Origin: Malacoraja senta
Taxonomy: Eukaryota
Direction: 5' to 3'
DNA: 64,000 nucleotides
Assembly (NCBI GenBank): GCA_038087875.1
Contig: JAXLNO010002359.1
Coordinates: 1-64,000, forward strand
In this document: in pieces, positions 23,001-35,000 of the stretch
Layout: every line of letters starts with the position of its first letter
How positions within the stretch are numbered: the stretch's first letter is position 1
Notes under the pieces: generated by a model
What the model was told of the DNA's origin: nothing
The model's database searches: none
Seen by the model: the letters and a program-made list of their open reading frames with translations, nothing else
Program-made: the position numbers and the translations under genes

Positions 23001-26000
23001 CATCTCTGGAGGACATGTATAGGTGAGGTTTCGAGTCATGACCCTTCTTCAGACTCAAAAGAAGGGTCTCGATCCGAAACATCACCTATCCACCATCTAT
23101 TTTTTTTTTTTTTTTTAATTTTTTTTATTTTTTTATTAGAAGTATTTTACATTACAGCAATCTGCAATAACGTAAATTTATACAATTCTTGTACCACTTC
23201 TGTTTTTCAACTTTAATAGAAAAAAAGGATAGAAAGAGCTAGCGAAGACAGTCAGTGAGTGAATGAAAAAGTGGTCCAGGAACACAGATGTGAACCTAAA
23301 CCACATGAAATAGTTAAAGAAGAGAAGAAGAAAAAAGAGAAAAAAGAAAATAAGATAGGACAATATGAAAGGGATGAACCTACTTCTTATCTTTACTCAC
23401 CCCTCGCCAGGACTTAAAACCATTTATTATCATCATTTTGTTGCACCCTATGTTTGTAATAAGTCGATATATGGAGACCAAATCTTTTGGAATTGGTCTT
23501 GTTTACCTGCTAGGAGGAATCTCATATCTTCTAGATGTAACAATTCCGACATATTAGAAGTCCACATTTTTATTGTTGGCGTAGGAGCATTTTTCCAAAA
23601 TTTCAGTATAAATTTTGTTGCTATTAAGCCATAACTAAGAAAACTCCTTTGAAACGAAGTCAACTCCAAACTTGCTTCTATTGTTCCAAAAATAATCAGT
23701 TCTGCATTTGGTTTCAGTTTTATTTTAAATAATTTAGTGAAAATTTCAAAAATTTCATTCCAAATTTTTGAATTTTTATACAAAAAACAAAAGAATGTGG
23801 TATAGTTGATTCTTGGACTAGGCATTTATCACAGTTTGCAGAGGTATTTGGGTAAAATTTACTTAATTTAGCTTTTGAATAATAAAATCTATGTAAAATT
23901 TTAAATTGAATCAGAGTATGTCTTACGTTAATCGAACATTTCTGCACATATAATAGATGTTTATCCCAACTCTCTTTCGAGATTTTTATAGCCAATTCCT
24001 GTTCCCATCTATCCACCATCTATTAATGATGCTTAAACCATTCTGAAATGTTGCTGTTATTTTCAGTTTAGAATAAAATCTGACCTAGTGGCAAAGTGAA
24101 TTGGAGGCATTTAATGCTAGATGATATTTTGTGAAGGGATGGTGACTTTTGAAAGGGCAAGTGTTGTCCATTCTTTAGAGAGACACTAACCAAGCTGTTA
24201 ATCAGGATCAACAATAAATTAGGAGTTTGAATATGTTGTTCATGGTGATGTCTCAACATTCATGGGTTGACCATGATAGTCCAGTGAAAATTAGTCAATT
24301 GACCAATGCAGAGTAAGACCTGCAGTTGGATGGGGAAGATTGGGACTGAGGGGTGAATTGACACAAGAGAGACTGTTCAATTGATCAATTAGTTTGTGTG
24401 CTTGAGGTTCCCTTCCTCGCATTCTTGTTACAAAAGTGTGAAATGTGAAATAGTTTGCTTCATCAAATACAACAGCTCTACAACTAGAGATTCATTGACT
24501 GAGTCATCTATTTACCTTCTTGCTTTGTCTTCCTACTCACAGACATATATTCAGTAACACGGCTCATCTCAGGTACTGGGGTCATATTAATTTCTGGAAA
24601 ATAAGTATTATTTTCTGATTAAGACTTTAATCCGGCTTGATTTTAAGAAGCAGCAATCCAGTGTTTAAACTGTACCCCGTTAATAATGAGATCCACCAGA
24701 ATGACCAGGAACATGGCTTCAGATGTATGTCAGAGACATTTAATGATGGGATAAGACCATGTGTATAAAATCAGAGTCCATGGAAACACAGTGTTCCCTA
24801 AATTATGACCATATTAGGATGGTACACAAGGCAAAGTTTTCACTTTAAGTTTGAACCACCAAAGTGCAGTGGAGATACCTTGGTCTCCTGGTTTCCTGGC
24901 CAATATTCATCCCTCAGTAAATAGGAACATGTTGAGGGCAAATTGGAGATCATATTTTCTACATGACTACACTAGCTATACTTCAACTTCTGGCATGTTT
25001 ATTTGATAATGGTTTACACAGGGGATGGTGACACAATCACCATGTGGTCAGATCATTGCAGAACAGCACCTGAAATCATACAGCAGACTCCTCATGGCAA
25101 CGCAGGTAGACAGGTAGACAATCCACATTGCATAAATAATGCTTTAATTGAACACAAAAAGTCTGAAATCAATGTCTCAACAACATAAGCACAAACAGAT
25201 ACTTTTCTTATCCAAACTATATTGTTCGTTTCTCCTTGTAACAAAGATAACATTGTCATTGATAATTTGGGGAATCTGTGCTGCATTAAGGATGTCTTCA
25301 TGTACATTACCTGTAGGTTTGCGCTTTCTTTGACACCACACCACTGCCAGTATAATGACGATGAGAAGAGCCAGACTCCCGATAATTACAACAGTGGTGG
25401 ATCTAAAAGGTTCATTCTCTGTCAAAATAATAAACAGAGTTCACATTTGCAGAATAAATGGATATCATTCAAAAGCTCCCCCAAAGACCAGGCATTAACC
25501 ACACTGACTAATTTAGACCAGAAGTCTTAAGTTTAACTTGTGATCCAGATTCACTGGGACACAAGGTACTGCAGATGAGAGTTTACCAATTAAAGACACA
25601 AAGTGTTGGAGAAACTCAGCAGGTTAGGCAGGTGACATTTCGGGTCGCAGCCCTTTAGTCTGAAGTAGGGTCAAGACCCAAAACCTCACCTATCCATGTT
25701 CTCCAGAGATTCCGCCTGACCCGTTGAGTTACTCCAGCACATTGTGTCTTTTTCCCCAGATTAATTGACCTTACGCAGAAAGATCAGAGAGCCACAACTT
25801 GCCTCAGTAGGCATCAGTTAGAGACTGTAAACATTCACACAAGTTTATATTTCTTGGTTACAATCAGCTGAAATTTCTCAGGCAGGAGATGGGAGCTGAT
25901 GGTTGGCTGATAAAGTAGCCGATTCAGCTGTGAAACTTCCCACTGTACAGTGGACAAATGTCTATCATAGTCTAAGCCTGGAACAATGGTTGAATGAGCA

Positions 26001-29000
26001 CTACTGACAATAGAGTGGGTATTGCCCTCCAGCTTCAATCCTCTCTAACCAGGAGCACAACAACTGTAAACGTTAGAAATACTCAGCCGTTTGAGCAGTA
26101 TCCGTGGAAAGGGAAAGAAGTGAGTTCATGTTTTATGATGAATAAAACGTCAGATTCAAAGAAAGGATCTTTGACAATAGACAATAGGTGCAGGAGTAGG
26201 CCATTCAGCCCCTCGAGCCAGCTCCGCCATTTAATGTGATCATGGCTGGACTTGTTCCTCTTTCACAGTTCCTATATGTCCTGCTGATTATTATTATTAT
26301 TTTTCATTCGGATTTTCAACTAAAATTAATTTTGGTCTCGATGCAGCAGTTTGACTGCTTGACTGCGGGAGAAGAATAAAGAACAGAGAACAGGGAAGAG
26401 ATAAGACTTTTGCCTTCCATCACAGTGAGGAGGTGTTTGGAGATTCACTGTGATGGATGTTTGTGTGGAATTGTGTTAATTGTGTGTTGTTGTTTTTTGC
26501 TGTTATGACTGCAGGAACGAAATTTCGTTGAACCTTGGTGTTAAATGACAATAAATGCCATTCTAATTCTAATTTTAATTCTAATTCTAAAGTACTAAAA
26601 CTGTACTGTGCATGTAACCATTGCATACTGATGTCAATGAGGTTGAACACATTATTATTGCAATCCTAATGAACACATCTTCATGTGTTTTAGTGTAAAA
26701 TTGGAGATGGTTGATCCATGCATTAATTCCACACACCAACTAATCTATTCACTCACTGATTGATATCTCCTGCCCTTTAAAGACAGCTCAACACCCAAAA
26801 GCATCAGTCTGCAATGAGGCCAAAGGATGGAGAGGCTGGTGTGCGCGACCCTTGTAAAATAAAGTTCAACTTCAGTTCTGCTCCATAGTGAGACTGTGCT
26901 AGATGAGCGTACATGGGGAGGCTTCTGCTCAGCCGGGAGCACAGATTTCCAATCTGGGAGGTGGGGACACCACAGTGGGAGTGGGTGTGGGTGGGGGTGG
27001 CCTCTTCCTTGGTGCAGCGGCTGACGGAGCAGGGTTTTACTGGCCCTGAGGCACAGGCAGAGGACAACCAAAACCTTCATTCCTCAGTGGACTCTCAGCC
27101 GAATGTAGTCAGAGCCCTGTTGTCCTCTCCCAGGGGGAGACTGCTGCTCGCCAGGAGTAAGGATTAATAACACCAACCTATAGCACACAGTGACCATCAG
27201 GGAGCAGGTTGCTGTGTTCAGTCAAATAATCACATCATATGGCGCATTGAAGCAGTTGAATCAGCAAGTCAAACTGTAAACATGTCACAAAGAGATGACA
27301 CAATGAATGCGGCACGGTGGCACAGCGGTAGAGTTGCTGCCTTACAGTGAATGCAGCGCCGGAGACCCGGGCTCGATCCCGACTACGGGTGCTGTCTGTA
27401 CGGAGTTTGTACTTTCTCCCTGGGACCTGCATGGGTTTTCTCCGAGATCCTCGGTTTCCTTCCACACTCCAAAGACGTACAGGTTTGTAGGTTAATTGGC
27501 TTGGTAAATGTAAAAATTGTCCCTAGGATAGTGTTAATATGCGGGGATCGCTGGTTGGCGTGGACCCGGTGGGCCGAAGGGCCTGTTTCCGCGCTGTATC
27601 TCTAAACTAAACTAAACAGTAAACTATTTGTAAGATGATTTTCACTACTTTTGTGATCTTTAAGTGGCACAGTTTGGGTGTTATGGCAAAGATCTTCCAC
27701 CAAGCTGCCCACCTTACTATACTGACCTCTGACAAAAAGGTTCACAGTGACACGCTGGTTTTCATACTACTGGACCAGTTTTCATACCTGTGGAGACACT
27801 TATCAACAAGGACAGACATTGATGATGAAATTCCCGATCACCTTCAATGAGATGGCCAACACAGGTCTTGGTCAGTGGTCTGCCAGCAGTAGTGGTCCAT
27901 GTGCTCACATGTGCTTCAGAGACCTGGACTACTTACAATAGAAGTGACCTTATAGGCATGGACAAGAGGTTTGAAGGAAATGTCTATGATTGAGCTCTAC
28001 TTGCAGTAAGACATGGATTGTTAAACGTTATCCAAAAAGAATAGCAACGTGACAAGAACTCTGTGTCGAGATAACGAAGAGCAGAAGCTAAGAAACTTAC
28101 TGTTCACCTGCAGATTATATGGAGTGAAAACCTTGGCTGTGCTTTGATGAAACAAACCACATGTCCATTTCCTTCTTACTCCATCAGCTATTGCAATAAT
28201 CAGCTGCAAATAATTGTTCTCCTGCTTTGTTTGAATGAGATTTTTCTCCTCTACAACTTTGCCTTCATCATTGATCCAAACCAGTCTTATTGACTCAGTG
28301 ACATGAGACACAGAGCAGGTCAGTGTAATGTTTCTTCCCTCAGTCACTGCGCTAGATGGTTCAGTTGTGACTGTGGAAAGAAGAAAATCGTAAAACAATG
28401 AATTTTGTCTGGATTGTGTTGTGTTTTTCTCAGTACTTTGACACCAGTATCTGGCGTTCTAAGTGTGGAAATTTATATTACACAACAAGAGTTAGAGGCA
28501 TAGTCATACAGCATGAAACAATTCGGTCCATTCAGCCCAACTCATCCATGTCGACCAAGATGCTCCATCTAAAATATGTTCCAACATTTGGCCCATATCC
28601 CTCTGCACCATCCATGTACCTCTCCAAGTGTCTTTTCCATAATCATTCACAACAGTTTTGAACTCATTATACAAAGAGCAACCAATGCTCACATCATTGT
28701 CTCTGGCCACAGTTTTGGCCACAACACTCATCCAGGTAAATATTAATCGATAAATTCCACAAAATACACGCAGTTTTAAGCCTCCAGTGAGCCTTCAAAA
28801 ATTAGGATGGGTCGTTGGGGTCAAAGAAACTTGGGGAATGTGTTAAGAGAAGTTGAATGATTTTAAAAATATTTTCGATAGAAGCTCATTTGCACCTTTG
28901 TGAATCACATTTCATCATATTCCCTCTCTTAAGTATAAAACAATGTGTTTTCAGCAAAATAAATGAAAATAACATTTGATGTGATTCCCAATAATGTTGG

Positions 29001-32000
29001 TTTAGGGCAGATTTTGGGTTCAGCAAAATACAAATAAGTTGAAGAGGAAGCTCTGTAGGTAAAATAATTCTTCAAACTTGGGAATTTCTGCTGACAGTGC
29101 AGTCTGTACTCAGATTAGAAACTCTACACCAGTAACTTAATTCTTGAAAGTAGTGACATCCAGTCTCCTACCTGTAACTGTGATTAGGTCAATGGTTACA
29201 TATTTATTTGATCCCGTGGAACATGTGTAAACTCCGGCATCTGCAAATTGCACGGGGACAATACTCACATGGAAATTCTTGCCATTCACATTTCCCTCTG
29301 TGGTTTCCAGTCGATTCCCAAAGTAGCTCCTGTCGACATGTATCGGTTCAGACCTGTGAGAAGAAGCTATTTCCTTCTCTTGATTCTGGAAACGTGGTGA
29401 TCTCCAAGTCCATTTGGTTTCACTGAGCTCAGGTGAAGCTTCACACATCAGGTCGAGTTCATTGTGATCTGTGACTGAGCGATAAACTGTGTACATCTTG
29501 TTATGTAAACCTGTAAGAGAGGGACATGGAACAAAGAATTCGATTTCCACACACGCTGGGACCCCTGGTTCTGGACTCGCCCAACCTGGGGAACATTTTT
29601 CCTGCATCTAGCCTGCCCAATCCCTTAATAATTTTATATGTTTCTATAAGATCCCCTCTCATCCTAAATTTCAGTGAATATATACCCAGTCGATCCATTC
29701 TTTCATCATATGTCAGTCCGCCATTCCAGGAATTAACCTGGTGACCCTATGCTGCACTCCCTCGATAGCAAGAATGTCCTTTCTCAAACTAGGAGACCAA
29801 AACTGCACACAATACTCCAGGTGTGGTCTCACCAGGGCCCCATACAACTGCAGTAGGATCTCTTTGCTCCTATACTCAAATCATCTCGCTATGAAGGCCA
29901 ACATGCCGTTTGCTTTCTCCATTGCCTGCTGTACCTGCATGCTTACTTCACCACGATGTCCAAGTCACCCAAATCATAAAGCTGGTGTCCTGTTGACATC
30001 GCAACAACCTGAAGCTCAGTGCTCTTAAGACAGTGGAATTGATTGTAGACTCAATCCTCCCCTCCTGATTGTAGAGCTCTCCCTCCCCCCCCACTCATCT
30101 TCAACAACACCACAGTCACAACTGTGGAGTCATTTAATTTCTTCGGAATCATCATCTCCAGCGACCTTAAACTCCACAGTCAAAAAGTCCCAACAGAGGA
30201 TGTCCTTCCTGCGGCAGCTGAGGAAACACAACCTGCCACAGGCAATGATAGTCCAATTTTAACACTACCATCATAGAGTCTGTCCTCACATTCTCCATCA
30301 TGGTCTGGTTTGGCTCAGCCACCAAGCACGATACCTGGAGGCTGCAGCGAATCGTCCGATCAGCTGAGAAGGTTATTGGCTGCAACCTTCCCTCCATTGA
30401 TGAATTGTACACTGTAAAAGGGCTGGATGGTTTGGAGTTTGTAAAATGTGTGCAAGATAGGTTTTTTGCAGCAATACATAGAGGTACCTACTAGAGAAGG
30501 GGCAGTGCTGGACCTCCTGTTAGGAAATGAGACAGGGCAGGTGGCGGAGGTATGCGTCGGGGAGCACTTCGGGTCCAGTGATCACAATACCATTAGTTTC
30601 AATATAATTATGGAGAGGGTCAGAACTGGACCTAGGGTTGAGATTTTTGTTTGGAGAAAGGCTAACTTTGAGGAGATGCGAAAGGATTTAAAAGGAGTGA
30701 ATTGGGACATGTTGTTTTATGGGAAGGGTGTAGAAGAAAAATGGAGGACATTTAAGGGTGAAATTTAAAGAGTACAGAATCTTTATGTCCCTGTTCGGTT
30801 GAAAGGAAATAGTAAAAAATGGAAAGAGCCATGGTTTTCAAGGGAAATTGGACACTTGGTTCGGAAAAAGAGAGAGATCTACAATAATTATAGGCAGCAT
30901 GGAATAAATGAGGTGCTTGAGGGGTATAAAGAATGTAAAAAGAATATTAAGAAAGAAATTAGAAAAGCTAAAAGAAGATATGAGGTTGCTTTGGCAAGTA
31001 AGGTGAAAGTAAATCCAAAGGATTTCTACAGCTATATTAATAGCAAAAGGATAACAAGGAATAAAATCGGTCCATTAGAGAGTCAGAGTGGACAGCTATC
31101 TGCAGAGCCAAAAGAGATGGGGGAGATATTGAACAATTTCTTTTCTTCGGTATTCACGAAGGAGAAGGATATGGAATTATGTGAGGTAAGGGAAACGAGC
31201 AGAGTAGCAATGGAAACTGTGAGATTCAAAGAAGAGGAGGTGCGGACACTTTTGAAAAATATGAAACGGATAAGTCTCCAGGTCCTGACAGGATATTCCC
31301 TAGGACATTGAGGGAAGTTAGTGTAGAAATAGCAGGGGCTATGACAGAAATATTTCAAATGTCATTAGAAACGGGAATAGTGCCGGAGGATTGGCGTACT
31401 GCGCATGTTGTTCCGTTGTTTAAAAAGGGTTCGAAGAGTAAACCTAGCAATTATAGACCTGTTAGTTTGACGTCAGTGGTGGGCAAATTAATGGAAAGGA
31501 TACTTAAAGATAATATATATAAGCATCTGGATAAGCAGGGTCTGATTAGGAACAGTCAACATGGATTTGTGCCTGGAAGGTCATGTTTGACTAATCTTCT
31601 TGAATTTTTCGAAGAGGTTACTAGGGAAATTGATGAGGGTAAAGCAGTGGATGTTGTCTATATGGACTTCAGTAATGCCTTTGACAAGGTTCCTCATGGA
31701 AGGTTGGTTAAGAAGATTCAATTGTTGGGTATCAATGGTGGAGTAGCAAGATGGATTCAACAGTGGCTGAATGGGAGATGCCAGAGAGTAATGGTGGATG
31801 GCTGTTTGTCAGGTTGGAGGCCGGTGACTAGTGGGGTGCCTCAGGGGTCTGTGTTGGGTCCACTGTTGTTTGTCATGTACATCAATGATCTGGATGAAGG
31901 TGTGGAAAATTGGATTAGTAAGTATGCAGATGATACTAAGATAGGTGGTGTTGTGGATAATGAAGTAGATTTTCAAAGTCTACAGAGAGATTTAGGCCAT

Positions 32001-35000
32001 TTGGAAGAGTGGATTGAAAGATGGCAGATGGAGTTTAATGCTGACAAATGTGAGGTGCTACATCTCGGCAGGACAAATCAAAATAGGACGTACACGGTAA
32101 ATGATAGCGAATTGAGGAAAGCAGTTGAACAGAGGGATCTAGGAATAACTGTGCATAGTTCCCTGAAGGTGGAATCTCATGTAGATAGGGTGGTAAAGCA
32201 AGCTTTTGGTGTGCTGGCCTTTATAAATCAGAGCATTGAATATAGAAGTTGGGATGCAATGTTAAAATTGTACAAGGCATTGGTGAGGCAAATTCTGGAG
32301 TATGGAGTACAATTTTGGTCGCCTAATTATAGGAAGGATGACAACAAAATAGAGAGAGTACAGAGGAGATTTACTATAATGTTGCCTGGGTTTCAGCAAC
32401 TAAGTTACAGAGAAAGGTTGAACAAGTTAGGTCTTTATTCTTTGGAGCGCAGAAGGTTAAGAGGGGACTTGATAGAGGTCTTTAAAATAATGAGCGGGTT
32501 AGACAGAGTGGACGTGGATAAGCTTTTCCCATTGAGAGTAGGGAAGATTCAAACAAGGGGACATGACTTGAGAATTAAGGGACGGAAGTTTAGGGGGAAC
32601 ATTAGGGGGAACTTCTTTACTCAGAGAGTGGTAGCTGTGTGGAATGAGCTTCCAGTGGAAGTGGTGGAGGCAGGTTCGATGTTATCCTTTAAAAATAGAT
32701 TGGATGGGTATATGGACGGGAAAGGAATGGAGGGTTATGGTCTGAGTGCAGGTAGATGGGTCTAGGGGGAAGTATTTATTTTTAATTAAAAAAAAAAAAA
32801 AAAAAATCTAAAAATGTTCGGGACGGACTTGAAGGGCCGAGATGGCCTGTTTCCGTGCTGTTATGGTTATATGGTTATATGGTTATATGGTAATATCATC
32901 TCTGACCCCTCTCACCCTGGCCACAAACTCTTTGAATCACTTCCCTCTGGCAGGTGAGTCCTGACTGTCAAAGCAGCCACAGCCAGACATAAAAACACCT
33001 TCTTCCCACGAGCCGTAGCTCTACTCAACAGGCAAAAGTCGGTAGCCTCTTTTCACTCCGGTACTTTATTTTCACATGTTTAAATTATAATGTTTTATTT
33101 TTAATTGTCTGCTGTATATCGTGTTTTTACCATATGCGAGCAAAGCACTGTCAAATTCCTTGTGTATGATTACTTGGCCAATAAAATGTGATTCTGATTC
33201 TGATATTTCCTCTGCATTTATACTTGAATTAGTTCATATTTTCCTGTTCTGTTATACACTGAAAACTAGATGTTATTTCCATCACTGGATATTATTCTCT
33301 TTGATTCATGCAGGTGAACTGAAATGAATCCCTTGGTTCTCCTGTGTGGCTCCATCAATCTTAGTGCCACCATTTTATATTTCCACCATGTCCCAGGGTA
33401 AAGGCAATGTCCACATCCTGCAGTGTGGAAGCCCACGGGTGGAGTCAGTGCTCACTATACAACATGTGGAACAGTTTGATATCAAGAACTATTTAATACC
33501 TGCTGCAAGGCAGCTTTGGACTCACCCTGATCCACTTCGACATTGGTGTCTCCAGTGAGAATAATGGAGGTATTTTCCTGCACTTCCCATGTGTACAGAT
33601 TGGGATTTCCTATTCCAATGTGTTGGATCATCAGATAGACGGCGTTATTCAGACGGATCTGATCAGCGTTGTTCCTCCTGTTCTGCTGAGATGAGCCGCT
33701 TGGTTTCCAGTGAAGACTGACGGTATCTGGGAGTCTGGAGATGGTACAGCTGAGGGTGATGTCACTGCCCATCACTGGCCTCGGTGAGTCGGCCTCAACT
33801 GTGGAAACAGACACATGTGGTTCAGTTCACCAACAGCTTTCTGAACTACTGTGGGCAGAATTGTCTTTTTCCTGCAGACAGACAGTCGGCTGAATGTTGA
33901 GCTGCCGTGCTCAGTGATGTCATCAACACTTCCTGGTAGTGACCACCTGTCCCACTCGCCCCCTCGTCTCCCACATCAACACTTCCTGGAAGTGACCACC
34001 TGTCCCCCTCGCCCCCTCGTCTCCCACATCAACACTTCCAGGTAGGGATGTTTTTAGTATAGTAGAAACACAGAACTGCAGATGCTGGTTAATATGTAAA
34101 AGGACATAAAGTGCAGGAGTAATTCAGCAGGTCTGGTAATATGAATATCACTGCCCCTTAATTGGTACACGTGACAATAAAAGACCTTTGAACTCTAGAG
34201 AACATAGATAGGTAACGTTTCAGGTTGAGACCCTTCTTCAGACTGATTATATTTCTTGGATGTCTTTAACAGAGATTATATGGGAGTGAATAAAATCATG
34301 AGAGGCATATCTATAGTAAACGCAAATGGTCTTTTTTCCAGGATTGGGGAATCAAAAACTAGATAGTACATGTTTAAGGTGAGAGGGGCAGATTTGATAT
34401 ACCCCTTAATATTAGGGGCAGTTTTTTGACAAAATGTGTGGTACATGAACATACTTTATGGAAAGATCGAGCAGAGGAAGTGTTTCATATAGGTACAGTA
34501 TTTAAAGGGCATTTAAACAGGTATATGGGGAAAAAAGGTTAAAATGATATGGGCCAAATGAGGGCAAATTGGATGTTTAGATGGGTAGTTGGTCAGTATG
34601 GATGAATTGGGCCAAAGGGCCTGTTTCAGTGCTGTGTGACACTATGACTCTATTACCTTTAATCCCAAATAGTTCCCACTGTCTCATGATTTTCCCAGCG
34701 GGCTGTGTCTGATTCCAGGTGAACAGTCCTGCAAGTTTGAATATGGGCATCCTGATCCTCAGATTAAGGGTACCCCAATCCGCATGCATCCTCTGGGAGA
34801 TGCCTGGTATTTGATTGTACTCATCACTCCATTGTACGGCCCACTGCTGATCTTCTCTGCGGAAAGTGGCCAATCGCTTTGTGGTTTGTTGCCCTGAGTG
34901 TGGCCTCCATTCCAAGTCAATGGGGCCATTTCCAGGACTGTCTGGTCCTTTCAATACAAAGTTGCCTTCCTGATGGAAAAAGTACATATAATGTCCACTT

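Noticed and set aside
26753-26770. Possible 18-nt phase 1-1 stalk micro-exon (tttaaag|GGCAGGAGATATCAATCA|gtgagt) between D8 and TM
   Set aside because: The acceptor is weak and there is no independent support. It is frame-neutral, so it cannot be confirmed or excluded without cDNA.
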